DNA of 64,000 nt. Origin: the human T2T-CHM13v2.0 reference genome, Homo sapiens. The translations under genes and the position numbers were made by a program. Positions 42,111 to 60,922 of the stretch are shown one piece after another. A model generated the notes under the pieces. It saw only the letters and a program-made list of their open reading frames with translations, made no database searches and was not told the origin of the DNA. The stretch is taken from assembly GCF_009914755.1 (NCBI RefSeq), contig NC_060944.1; one strand, written 5' to 3'. Each line of letters starts with the position of its first letter. Within the stretch, counting starts at the first letter, position 1.

Positions 42111-43379
42111 TGGGAGGCGGCCTGTGGAGACTGCTGATTGGATACCATGTTGGCTTGGTATCCAGAATTGTTGGTGCAGCGCACTCACCATGCCTGACCT
42201 CATTAAGGAGGCCCTCTGGGGCAGTGGCTCTGAGAAGAAAGGCAGCAAGCCTAGGGAGGTGACACTGTAGCTGGGGAGCATTTTGGCTGGGCAGAGAGGA
42301 GGAAGGAGAGCATTTCAGGGAGGGAAAACAGCCCTTGCAAAGGTTTGGAGTGGAAGAGCAAAAGGGATGTCCCAAGAACTGTGCCTCATTTGATGGGGCT
42401 GTGGGGCCCTTCTCTGACGGGCAGCCTTCCCAGGCACAAAGGGAGGTGGACTGAGAAGCATCTGGAACTTCTGTGGGGGCACATGGGGCAGAGGGGAAGG
42501 GGAACAGGCAGAACGAGTCAGCTGCCTTTGAAAGCTCCACGAGGGACCTAGCAGAAATTCATTCATTCATCCGTTCATTCATTTATTTATGACAGGTTCT
42601 CTCTCTGTCACCCAAGCTGGAGTGCGGTGGTGTGATCACACTTACTGCAGCCTCAAACTCTTGGGCTCAAGCAATCCTCCACCCCAGCCTCCTGAGTACC
42701 TAGGACTACAGACGTGAGCTACTACACCTGGCTAATTTTTAAAACTTTTTAGAGACAGGGTCTCCCTTTGTTGCCCAGGCTGGTCTTTGTTGCCCAGCCA
42801 GCTTCAAGCCATCCTCCCACCTCAGACTCCCAAAGCGCTGGATTACAGGCATGAGCCACGGGTTCCCAGCCCAGAAAGAGACCTTCACCCCACAAACCCC
42901 CTGTCTGGAGGCCAAGTCCCAGCATCCCCAGAAGGGCCCCGGTTAGGACAAGAAAAAGGCTGTGTGCCTCGGAGGAGAGGCTGGGTGCCCCCTGGTGCGG
43001 AGTGGTCCCCTTGCCGGGCATGGGGCCTCAGTCTGTGAGACTCCGCGCCTCCGTCGTCTGAACTTGAGCAAAGACAGAGCTAGGCCTAGCCTGGGGACCC
43101 GAGGGCCTGCCCTCATCCGCAATTCTGCCTCTTTTCTGGCCACTGAGGACCGGGCTAGGGAAGCTGTAGGGGCAGTAGGGGTGGGAGGAGAGAGGGTTCC
43201 GGGTCAAGGGACTGGAGGGGTCTGGGGCAGGGAAGTGGAGGGGTCTAGGGCGGGCCCTTCCCCCTCCGCTGTTGGGCCCTCGCTGAAGGGGCCGAGGCTG
43301 AGCCCCAAGGTGGGCCTGTGGGGGCGGGGCGGGGGAGCCCCTCAGCAGCTGGACCGCAGGAGGCCGACCAGGGTCTGGA

Positions 43380-43960
43380 ACTCCTCTTCCCCTCCCTCCG
43401 CCGCCCCCTCTCCCTTCTCCCACCCCCTGGGCTGCTAGGGGAGCGGGGGAGGCGCAGGAGGGGCTCAGGGAGGGGCCCTGGACGCGGGACCAGGCTGGGC
43501 CCCTCGGCGGAGGCCCGCGCAGGCAGGCCCCGCCCCGGCCTCGCACATCTGGGCCGGGAGCGCGGGCCGACCCGGCGGCGCAGGCGGCGCGGCCATCCGG
43601 CCTGGGGGAGGGGGCGGCGGGCGGGGTGGGCGGCGCGAGGAGGCGGGAGGCCTCAGGGCCGGGCGCACGTCGAGGGCTGCGGCCGCCGCAGCGGGCACGG
43701 CCAACGAGCTGCGGGCCCGGGATCGCGGCGGCTGGACGGGGCTGGAGCTGTCGGGAGGGCGGAGGTGAGTTCTGGGGCGGGGGCTGCCGGGCGCCCCGAG
43801 TGGAGAAAGGCGAGGAGGTTTGCCGTCCCGGGCTGTCGGCTGAGACCCCACCAAAAACCTCCAGACTTTGTCTGGTGGGGACAGATCTGCAAGCCCCTCT
43901 CTGCAGCGTGGCTGCGGGCTCGGGAAGGCACTTGGGGCAGCGACCTTGGTCTCCCACCTG
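43380..43960. promoter_or_regulatory. HSPA12B: HSPA12B promoter CpG island with GC boxes
   Basis: Very high GC and CpG density; several GGGCGG/CCGCCC boxes; spans the exon-1 donor. Confidence 0.85.
43660..43764 (+). other. HSPA12B: Non-coding exon 1 (5' end approximate)
   Basis: Strong donor GAG|GTGAGT at 43764/43765 within the CpG island, upstream of the ATG exon. Confidence 0.75.
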
Positions 43961-44816
43961 GGCTTCGGGGGACCACCTCCCCTGTCCCTCGCACAGCTGC
44001 TCAGAGGCTTAGGCTGGAGAAACTCCTGTGTCTTAGGGGCTGGCAGGACTGGTGTGGGCTGGGGCCTGCTCCAGGGAGCCAAACTGAGGGACCCGGTGCC
44101 TAGGTCTGAGGTGGAAACCTGGGAGTTGAGTGTATGTGTGTGTGTTGGGGGGTGCCTCAGGGGTCCCAGGCCCTGTGGTCCCGAAGCGCAACAGAGTACT
44201 GAGTGGCCCAGGTGCCAGGGTCTGAGGCTGGGACCTGGTCTTCCGGGCCAGCTTGAGGTCCAGGTGGGGTGGGGTCCAGGTTCCCGCTAGGGCAGTGGAG
44301 CCTATCTGTGAGGTTAGCGTGTGTTGATGAGAGAGACTGGAAGGGAGTGATCACGAAACTAGGGACCCTCCGGAGAGCAGACGCAGCGCAGGAATCCCAG
44401 GCCAGAGGGGTAATGGGGGGCTGTGGGCAGAGCATGGGAGGGGCTCTGTTGTTTGTGAACTGGCTGCTCCCATGATGAGGACCCAAGGGGGTGCGGCAGG
44501 ATGTATGGAAAGCAAAGATGAGGACAGGGAGGGGCCATGGGAGGCCATTTCTGTCACTCCCTGCCCCAGCGCAGGATGGGGCAGCCACCTCACTCAGCCA
44601 CACATGGTCCCATCTTCTTAAGGGCTCCTCTCCAGAACAGAGTGGGGCAGCCCTTTGGGTGCCGTTTCTGATCTGTGCTTTGGGCCCTGGTTGGCCCAGT
44701 CTGTGGCTTGGAAGAAACGCCTGTGGCCTCACTTAGCCCGCTGACGGAGTCCTGTTCCATTACAGGGCTGGCTGGGTGCTGAGCAGAGAGCAGCAGGCGG
44801 AAGAGGCAGGGTCCTA

Positions 44817-49008
<4,192 letters not shown>

Positions 49009-49630
49009 TCAAACCTTTCAAGATTTGCTGTTGCCCTTCATATAAAATCAAATCTGAAATAGGGTGCACAGGCCCTGCCTGCAGGGTAAGCCCAGCCCAG
49101 CCCTCTGTCCAGACTTACCATGTCCTCTTCCCACCCCGCATTATCCAACTTTGACCTTCCTAGCACTCAGCAACGCTTGTCATTTCAAAATCACTTGCCT
49201 GATTATCTCCTCCATCAGACCGTTGGTTTCTAGGGCAGGGACAGTGTCTCTCTGGGTCACTATCTCCCAGCACCTGGCACAGAGCAGGCACCAGAAAACA
49301 TTTAGAAGGATCCTGATTCCAAGAAAGTAAAGCCATTTTTTGACACAAGCTGGGAACTGTGGGACTTTAGATGAGATTTAAGGAATTACTGTTAATTTCA
49401 TTAGACATGAGAATGGTGTTGCGATGACATTGTTTAAAACGTCTTTATCTGTTGGAGAGATGTATTAAAGAGTTCACGGGTGAAACAACATGATGGCTGG
49501 GATTTGCTTCAAAGGACTCCAGCCAAAAGTAAACAAATAAAATAAATAAGCATTCAGATGAGGGAACAAAGGGACAAATAAATCCCACTCTGCTTGTCTG
49601 TTCCTGTTGACAGCTACAGGGCCTGCAAGG

Positions 49631-49673
49631 ATGTTGGCTGTCCCGGAGATGGGCCTGCAGGGGCTGTACATCG
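49631..49673 (+). CDS. HSPA12B: Heat shock 70 kDa protein 12B exon 2 (start codon; exon begins ~49614)
   Basis: AGGATGT start; MLAVPEMGLQGLYI(G); donor TCG|GTAAG; 43 coding nt. Confidence 0.9.
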
Positions 49674-49981
49674 GTAAGAACCCCCACCATTCTGCCCTGA
49701 CCCATCACCCACTCACCCGAGCAGGCACTGAGACCCACCTACAGGTTGTGCAATGTACCTCTCCCACAGAGCTTCCCAACAGCTCTTCTGTGAGTGAGTG
49801 TGTGTGTGTGTGCATGTGTGCAGGGCAGGTCTGTGTTTACTGGACCCCCCTGTGTGTGCAGAAAGGGTCTGTGTGCACCGGTCTGTGTATGTGAGTATGT
49901 GTGCACACAGGACTGGTCTATTCACAGGACCCTCATGTGTATATGAGTGTGGGCTGAGTGCGTGTGTTTGTGTGTGCCAGA

Positions 49982-50346
49982 AGGGTCTGTGCACACAGGA
50001 GTGTATGCATGTGCGTGTGTTTTGTTCAGGCTCTGTCCACAGGACCCTGTGTGAGTGTGTCAGTGAGTGTGTGTCTCTGCGGGCAGGTCTCTGTGCACAG
50101 GATCTGTGTACGGGAGTATAGTCTGCAGGTGGGCATGCATACAGAGAGTTCTGCGTGTGCATGGAGGGTCTGTGTGCACAGGAGTGTTTGAATGTCCATG
50201 TGTTTTGTTCAGGCCATGTGCACAGGACCCCGTGTGAGTGCATCAGTGAGTGTGTGTCTCTGCGGGCAGGTCTCTGTGCACAGGATCTGTGTACGGGAGT
50301 ATAGTCTGCAGGTGGGCACGCATGCAGAGAGTTCTGCGTGTGCATG
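49982..50346. repeat. Two-copy tandem duplication, period 183 bp, in a TG-rich region
   Basis: 49982-50163 aligns with 50165-50346. Confidence 0.9.
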
Positions 50347-51768
50347 TGCGTCTGGCCATAGCCTGGTCTGGGAGCAGGCTTGGGTTCTCCGCAGGGGTGG
50401 GAGGCCGGAGGCAAGAGGGACACTCCTCAGGAAGTCCATTCACAAAGACCTGGTGGGCTGGGCCCTTCCTTCCTGCCTCCCTTCCCAAGCTCGAGCCACA
50501 GCAACTTGGCCTCTCGGGCTGCAGCTGGTGGCAGGGCTGGAGCCTGCCCTGGCTGCCTGAGGAGAGGGAGCCCTTGAAATGTGGCCACTTTTTCCCTGCC
50601 CCTCCAGCACCTCAGACTCTGGCCCTGTCCAGGCGCTTCCCAGAGTCCCCCTCATGCCTGGCCCTTCGCCTGTGTTCCCAGGTTACCCCCAAGGCCAGGG
50701 AGAGTGGAGACCTGCCTGGCAGCACGTGACAGGACTGTGGCTGAGGGAGCACAGGGCCTGCCTGGCTCAGCCTAAGGCGAGCCAGACCTGCCTGATTTGT
50801 CCATGGAGCTTCCTACCAGATCTCACTCTCCCTCCCTAGCCAGCCTCCCTGGCCTGTCCATGGATATCAAGGCTGCCCCAGTACTCCTCACATGCCCCTT
50901 AGCAATGCCCAGTGTGGTGGTGGCAGCTACCAGCCAGGCAGGCCCTCCTGCCCCATAAGCCGCCTGATCCTCGGGGCGAGGCCTGGGGCTGTCCTCCAGG
51001 GCTACTCCACTCCCTCCCACCAAAGGTCCAGCTCAGTCCCAGGCGTGCAAGAGGGTCTTGATGGGGCGTCCTGCCCTGAAATGCTGGCTCAGGGTGTGTG
51101 TATGTGTGTGTGTGGGGGGTGGGAATCAGACTTCCTAATGTTGTGGACACCCCCAGTTCAGGACTGGGCTATCTCTATGGGTGTGGGAGGAGGTGCTCCC
51201 CCTCCTCGATCCTCCTCAAGCAGCCAGCTGGGCCTGTCTGTGGCCCTTGTGGGCATGGGAGCTGCAGAGTTCCCTCAAGTCCTGATTAGAACCACGTGGC
51301 CCAACTTTAGGGTGGAGGGGAGCAACCCCACCTCCTAGCCAGTTAGCTCTGTAGCTCCACCTTTTGAAGGAGGAGGGCTTCTCTCTCCTCTACTCCCTCC
51401 CAGGAGCTCACCTGCCCTATCTCCCCTGCCCTTCCATCTCTGGACTGAGTCTCCCTGCCACACAATGCTTTTCTGTCTCTCTCCCCTCCCACACTGTGTG
51501 TCTGAGGGGCCCTAGTGGGGAGACAGTGAGCTCCTGGGGAAAGCATGGGTCATCTGCTAGGGAAACGTTGCCTCTGACAGCAGACCCTCAGCTCCTGCCC
51601 CTGCGTCATGTGTGTCTTTCCTACACCCCGCAGTCCTCCTCCCCAGCAGAGAGCCCTTTGCCTTAGCCCAGCAAGGACTGATGGAGAACCTTTGGGTGCC
51701 TGGCTTGGGGCCCCGCTGCCATACCTACCCTGCTTGTGCCAGGATGAACTGCCGTCTCTTCTCTGCAG

Positions 51769-51866
51769 GCTCCAGCCCGGAGCGGTCCCCAGTGCCTAGC
51801 CCACCCGGCTCCCCGAGGACCCAGGAAAGCTGCGGCATTGCCCCCCTCACACCCTCGCAGTCTCCA
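51769..51866 (+). CDS. HSPA12B: Exon 3, Ser/Pro-rich N-terminal extension
   Basis: 98 nt, AG/GT; [32 protein letters not shown]. Confidence 0.93.
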
Positions 51867-52239
51867 GTAAGCCCAGAGCAGGGACCAGGTGGTGGGTGAC
51901 CTGGCTGGTGTGGACAGGGTCGTGCGTGGCAAAGTCATGACAGGGCCTCAGCTAGGAAGGAGGAGGGGATGGGGGTAGCACCATGCCTCTTGTCCCCGTA
52001 CACTCCAGTCATGTGCCCCCCAGAAGGATTGGCCTTGGGTGACCCTGGACTATAAAGGGTAACAATTCTACTGAGAAGGCGAGCCCCATGTAACTAACTC
52101 CCAACCCCCCCACACAGGAGGCACCCACGGCCATTGAAGCTGGCCTGGCTGAGGCAAGTGTTCCCCTGAGCATGTGGCTTTTCTAGGTCCCCAGAGCACT
52201 GGGCCTCTTGTGGACCACAGCCCACCTTAATCCAAGTCA

Positions 52240-54447
<2,208 letters not shown>

Positions 54448-55852
54448 CACAAATATTTTTCTAAGCTTGTAGACAAACACACACATATACAAACATATAT
54501 GTGTTTTTTTAAGTAAAAGTGAGATATACAACTTGCTTTGTTTTAAAGCTTCAACACTATTTTGTAGATATTTCATGTCAGCACATACGAAGCTACCACT
54601 TTCTTTGAACGGCCTAGTATTCCATAGTACAGATGTGTCATAATTTATCCATTCCCCTATTGACAGTTTTAGGGGGGTTTTTTCCTCCTCTCATTTTTCA
54701 CTATTACAAAAAGTGCAGCAGTAATATCCTTCTTTGAAAACTTGTGCCGCAATCTCCATGGGGTAGATTCCTAGAGGTGATTCCTAGGTCCAACATCTCA
54801 AATCTTTTTTCTTTTCCTTTTTTAGTAAAAAGGAAAAGAAAAAATAATAAAACAAGAAATAAAAATAAAAACAAGAAAATGAAGGTTCTAAGGGCTGAGT
54901 TGACAAGTCACACAGTTGTTTTGAAAGACATGTTTCAAAAATCCATTCAAATGTTGGGTTTTATGTGGGACCTCAAGGACCTTGGGACCTCAAGACCCCA
55001 GTCCTCTGAATATGTCCTAGAGGGTCGGCAGGCAGTAGGTGAAGCTACAGGAGACCTCAAAGCTCTCAACCCAGACTGGGATGGGAGGTAAGAGGGGCTT
55101 CCCAAGGCCTGGAGACTGGATGGAAGGGTGAATGGAGACATAGACAGACAGGTAACTGCTCCCAAAATACATGGGACTTGAGCTTCATGAGACTGGACTG
55201 TCCTTCCTTCCACATCACAGGAAACCACAAAGGCTCTGAGCACTTACAGCCCTCTAGGAGCTGCAGGGCATCCCAGATGTCTTGCTGATCAACACACATG
55301 GCTGAGGCCATGCTGGGGCTAAGGACACATCCAGGAACACTGTCTCTGTCCTGTGGAGGTGACAGTCACAGGAAATAACTGGGGGACATTCCAGCCTCCT
55401 CCCAAGCTCTCTCTTCCCACCAGACACCAAGCCCCTAACATCTCTAGAATACCCATCTACTTCTCTCCATGGCCACTGATCGTGCCCAAGTTCAGCCCCG
55501 ACCTTCTCTCACCTGGATGGCTGCAATATCCTCCTCCTTGGTTTCCTTTCTCCATGCTCCCTTCCCTGCATTCTGTTGCTCCATGGGAGCCAGTGACCTT
55601 TCTTTCTAAAGGCAAATGTGGTCATACCTCTTGGCTACTTTAAATCCACGAAGACAGAATTCTGAATGGCCTTCTGTGCTCTTCATGATCTCACCTTAGC
55701 ATTCTTGTGTTTTCTCCTGCTGCCTATGGAGCCGACCCATAGCTAGTTCTCCCTGCTCTTTCACATCTGTAAGTTTTTGCACATGCTGTTCCCTCTGCCT
55801 GGATTCCCACCCAAGAAGGGAGGGTTGCACTGACTGCCCTGTGCCTCCGCAG

Positions 55853-56039
55853 GAAATGGGAGGGCGGAGACCCGGGCGTGGCCCACCAGAAGACCCCGAC
55901 CTGCCTGCTGCTGACTCCGGAGGGCGCCTTCCACAGCTTTGGCTACACCGCCCGCGATTACTACCATGACCTGGACCCCGAAGAGGCGCGGGACTGGCTC
56001 TACTTCGAGAAGTTCAAGATGAAGATCCACAGCGCCACG
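55853..56039 (+). CDS. HSPA12B: Exon 5
   Basis: 187 nt, AG/GT; [22 protein letters not shown]...[12 protein letters not shown]. Confidence 0.95.
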
Positions 56040-56443
56040 GTGAGTCACAGGGCTCCAGACAGGGAGGCGGGGCCAGCATGGAAAAGGGCAGGGCTAATGG
56101 GGGTGGGTGGGACAAAACCAAAACGTGTGAGGACCGGCCCGATGGAGTCGTGGCTGAGAGGGGGCGGGGCTAAAGGGAGACGTCGGACTCCGGTGTGGGC
56201 GGAGCTCAGAAATGAGGTGGAGGCGGGGCTAATGTGGGTGGGGCTAATAGTGAAGCTGGGGTTGCAGGAGGGGTGGGGCTAAGGAGAGGGGTCGGGGCAG
56301 AGCTAATGTCACATGGGGCAAGAGTGGGACGGTGGTAAAGAGGAGGGGAAGCTCCAGGAAACGGGGTGATTTTAAGAGCGAGGTCGTCAGGAAATGAGTG
56401 CCAAGCTGAGGCCTCCTGCAGAGCCGCCCTGTGTCCCTGCCAG

Positions 56444-56548
56444 GATCTCACCTTGAAGACCCAGCTAGAGGCAGTAAATGGAAAGACGATGCCCGCCCTG
56501 GAGGTGTTCGCCCATGCCCTGCGCTTCTTCAGGGAGCACGCCCTTCAG
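56444..56548 (+). CDS. HSPA12B: Exon 6
   Basis: 105 nt, AG/GT; [35 protein letters not shown]. Confidence 0.95.
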
Positions 56549-56865
56549 GTGCGCTGCGGCCCCACCTCTGCCGACTGTGGCAGGGACCCCCTATTTTCCC
56601 CTCATCCGAAACCGCTCCCCCATCCCGTCCCCGACATTGGATGGGTAGCCACCGCCGGAGCTCAGAGGTCATCTTCTCCAGTACCCTCCTCCCTTTTTGT
56701 CTGGTAGAGCCTGCACCAAGCCATACTGATGGGAGGGGGGCCGATTCTTCCAGCTCTGCTGGGAAGTCCTTCCTGTGATTTGATTAGTACCTCCAGTTCC
56801 GCAGAGGGCTGAAGACCACCCTCCCTCCAAGCCAGCTTTCCTCTCACTGCCCCCTCCTGTACCAG

Positions 56866-56982
56866 GAGCTGAGGGAGCAGAGCCCATCGCTGCCAGAGAA
56901 GGACACTGTGCGCTGGGTGTTGACGGTGCCTGCCATCTGGAAACAGCCAGCCAAGCAGTTCATGCGGAAGGCTGCCTACCTG
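56866..56982 (+). CDS. HSPA12B: Exon 7
   Basis: 117 nt, AG/GT; ELREQSP...[23 protein letters not shown] (Hsp70 TVPA motif). Confidence 0.95.
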
Positions 56983-57251
56983 GTGAGGACATGCAGGCGG
57001 GCCCGAGAACACTGCTCAGGAAGGGCCAGGCCTGTCCCCATGCTTGCATGCACCCCACCACCCTTGAGACCACAGAGTCATTGTGGAAAGAACTTCAGCC
57101 TGCTCCTGATGGGAGTTTGTAGAGTTGCTCCCACCAGAAGAGGGAGTGGGCCTGCAGGAACAGGGGACAGAGGGACAAAAGACACAGCCCAGGCCAGTGT
57201 AGACAGTGCCTTAAGTCAGGTGTCCTAAAAGCAGAGCCCAAGATGGAGAGT

Positions 57252-57568
<317 letters not shown>

Positions 57569-59170
57569 TTATATGTGAGGTCTATTGAAGAAGGTTTCTC
57601 AGGAGAAAGGCGAGGGAGGGAGGCGGGACAGGAGAAGGAGCTATGAAGGATGTGGTCTTTGCTGGAGTCTAGCCTCAGGTTTAGCCTCAGCTAGATCCCA
57701 TGGGGAGCTGCAGAGGGAGAACTGTAGCACAGAGTTGGGGCCGGCTTCTTGCACATCCGTATCGGTCTGTCACTGGTTCTGGGGAAATGGGAGGGAAACC
57801 TCTCCAAGTGAGGCCATTCCCATTCAGCTGAGGGCAGTTATCCAGAGGAGGTAGCAGCTGTGAGCCAATAGCAGCCAACACTCACAGTGGCAGGCAGGGC
57901 ACCCAGAACATTCACTTCACTTGGCATCAGTATTTTGAGGGACACCCCCACCACCGCCCACCTTTGTTGGTTCTTGAGCAGGGGAAATAGGACTATGAAA
58001 TAAAGGGAGGCGATTCTAGCCAATGCATACAGGTCTTCCTACCACTGAGATGCTCAAAGGTCTAGAGCAAGGAGTTGGGGGGGGCTCCCGTGGAGACAGA
58101 GAGGGCATAGCCTCAAGACTCATTGCTTGGTCGTAACCCTAGAGCCTTGGATACAGACCCTAAGCTGTCCAAAAGGGATCTCAAGCCTGCCTGTGGACAC
58201 CCTGGAGGGACCCCCAATCCTCCCATACCTATGGGCCAGGCATGACCCAGGGCCAGGTCTGTAAATGTCTACACTTTTCACTGGAAGGAGCTAACCCTGA
58301 GCACAGTGGACATCCCTGTGCAAAGATCAGGATGGAAGCAAGGCTGTCCCCAGCCAGAACAAACACCTGCTCCCCCAGCGTCCCCTTGCCTATTTTCCCA
58401 CCCTCCTTCTCACGCTGTTCCCTGGCTGCTCAGGAAAGTCTGGCCCTGGGTAAAAGTCTCCATTCACACCCTTATCCCTCTCCCCTATCTGGTCAGAATC
58501 TGGGGAACCCTACAAAACCATAATATACTTCCCACAGGGATCCCCTACCCTGAAGGAAATAACTCCAGATCTCAAGTGTTTTTCTCCACCCAACTGGCCT
58601 GTCTTGGTGCCTGGAATTTCAGCTTCCTCCCTGCTGTATCAGATTCCCTGGGAACAAAGTTCTCCTGGAAGTGGGGTGGCCTATGGCTACCGTCTGACAC
58701 CAGCCTAGTGGAGAAAGAGGGTTCAATGAGCTAAAAGGGCTCCCCACCACCTCCTCTGAGCCATCACACACCCCCACATTGTGCTAGAGTCTCTGCCAAT
58801 ACCCCCAGCCAGCGCTCAGCTGGCCGCTTGTACCTGTGAAGGGGAACCTTGCTGCAGCCCCGCTATCTTGGGAAATTTGAAGGGGCAGATCCCAGGGGTT
58901 CTAGGTCTGCATTCTGTCTAGAGTCTTTTCCTGCTGGGCAACTTCTTGGCATATTTGGCCAGGGCCATTCCCTCCCCAGCCTGGTCACAGCGTGGCTATG
59001 AGGCAGCTCCAAATTTGTGCAGCACAGAGGGGCCTGAGAGGCCTAACATGGGTGGGGTGTGATGGAGGAGGAGGTGGGAGCCCCACAGGCCGCGGTTCCC
59101 CACCTCACAGTGCCATCTTAGGTGTGACAGCCCACAGTGCTGCCTGACCCTGCCCACCACCCATCCCCAG

Positions 59171-59345
59171 GCTGGACTAGTGTCCCGAGAGAATGCAGAG
59201 CAGCTACTCATCGCCCTGGAGCCCGAGGCCGCCTCGGTATACTGCCGCAAGCTGCGCCTGCACCAGCTCCTGGACCTGAGTGGCCGGGCCCCAGGTGGTG
59301 GGCGCCTGGGTGAGCGCCGCTCCATCGACTCCAGCTTCCGTCAGG
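59171..59345 (+). CDS. HSPA12B: Exon 8
   Basis: 175 nt, AG/GT; [25 protein letters not shown] (Hsp70 EPxAA motif)...SSFRQ. Confidence 0.95.
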
Positions 59346-60185
59346 GTGAGCTGCCCCCGGGGACACCACCCACCCCTGGAGGGTCAGAGGGTCACTGAAG
59401 CCAGAAGCTCAGCCATGTCTAGTATGAAGGGGAGAGGGTACCCACCCTGGAGGAGCCCAATTTGAGCAGGCAGAAACATGGCTGGTGGAGCCTGTCTGAG
59501 GAAGGGAGGCACAGCCCTGCCCAAGGGCAACCTCGTCTCAGGGTGGGACATGCCCTACCTAGGGCAGCCCAATCTCAGGGTGGAGATTTCACCTTGCCCT
59601 AGGGGAGCAAAGTCTGAGGAGGGCAGGACTCCGCCCAGCCCTGAGTCTGAGGGTTGGGGGAGACACAGACTACCCCAGGAGGAAACTGCTGGGGTACTGA
59701 CAAAGGAGGAAGTCAGCCCACTGCATCAGCTGTCCCCTTCACTCCCCTCATCTTCCCCGACACACATCAGCCCCAAGCTCCTGCTGCCAGGACCAGGCAC
59801 CCAGGCCAAGGACAGCTATGGTCATCCTCCCAAATGCCATCTCCCAGGGCAGGGAGAAGCCCTAAGTCCTGAGTCCCCTCTGAGACTCCAAAGACCTACC
59901 TGCCTCCGCTCCTCCAAACCCCTCTAACCCTGATTTTGCCATGACCTGAGACCTCCTGCGTTAAAGGAAGGCCCTGTGTCCATAAATATTTCCCCACAGC
60001 TGTTGGATACAGGGTGGGAGTTTGGGGTTCAGGATTGCCCTCTCCCAGTCAGGAGCAGGTTGGAGTTTCAGGAGCACTGGCTGCTCCCAGTGCCCATGGA
60101 GGTCCTGGGCAGGAGGATGGGAGTTGAACGCCATAGCTGGAGCACCTCCTTCTAATCTCACTCCCTGCTGTCTCCTGACCCCCAG

Positions 60186-60272
60186 CTCGGGAGCAGCTGC
60201 GAAGGTCCCGCCACAGCCGCACGTTCCTGGTGGAGTCAGGCGTAGGAGAGCTGTGGGCAGAGATGCAAGCAG
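60186..60272 (+). CDS. HSPA12B: Exon 9
   Basis: 87 nt, AG/GT; (A)[28 protein letters not shown]. Confidence 0.92.
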
Positions 60273-60703
60273 GTAGGGGGAAAGGGGGACGGAGTGTTAT
60301 CCTTGGCCCCTACCGGGCACCATATACTGATGGGGGGAAGGGCATGTTTGCAAAGCCCGTCTCTTCCTCCTCCATTCGCTGTACCCAACCTGGCCGTCCC
60401 CTCACAGTCACCCGCACCCCCACCCCACTCACAGCGGCGCCCCTAACTCCCACTCCTCCAGGGGATTCTCCGCGGACGCTCGGGTGGAGTTGCAGAGCCT
60501 CTGGAACCATTTCTCCCCCACACCCTGCGCCCATATGTGGTGGTCTGAGGTTCAAGCACCTGAAGCCCCTCACGTCCCTCCCCCGACCCTGCAGACAGGC
60601 CTTGGGACCCGGGGCAGGGCTGGAGGCTGGGCGAGGCTGGAGGGGGCGCAGGGCTGAGGGTGCGAGGCCGCCCACGAGTGTGTGCCCGCGCTCGCCGCCG
60701 CAG

Positions 60704-60808
60704 GAGACCGCTACGTGGTGGCCGACTGCGGCGGAGGCACCGTGGACCTGACGGTGCACCAGCTGGAGCAGCCCCATGGCACCCTCAAGGAGCTCTACAA
60801 GGCATCTG
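60704..60808 (+). CDS. HSPA12B: Exon 10, Hsp70 phosphate-2 motif
   Basis: 105 nt, AG/GT; [21 protein letters not shown]...LYKAS. Confidence 0.95.
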
Positions 60809-60922
60809 GTGAGTAGCCAGGCGGCGCCCCGGTACCCAGCGCGACCCGGGCTCCGGCCCCGCCACTGCCCCCTGGCGGCCCGGCGAGCGCTGACGCCCTC
60901 TTCGCCCCCTGCTCCACCCCAG

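Noticed and set aside
41287-42540. 241-, 195- and 152-aa ORFs upstream of HSPA12B
   Set aside because: They run through CA-rich low-complexity DNA (HT/CV repeats); no domain.
43028-44103. 309-, 261- and 205-aa ORFs at the HSPA12B promoter
   Set aside because: Pro/Arg/Gly/Ala-rich translations typical of CpG islands.
49713-50423. 236-aa ORF with an internal peptide repeat
   Set aside because: Reflects the 183-bp DNA duplication (a multiple of 3) on the antisense strand of an intron.
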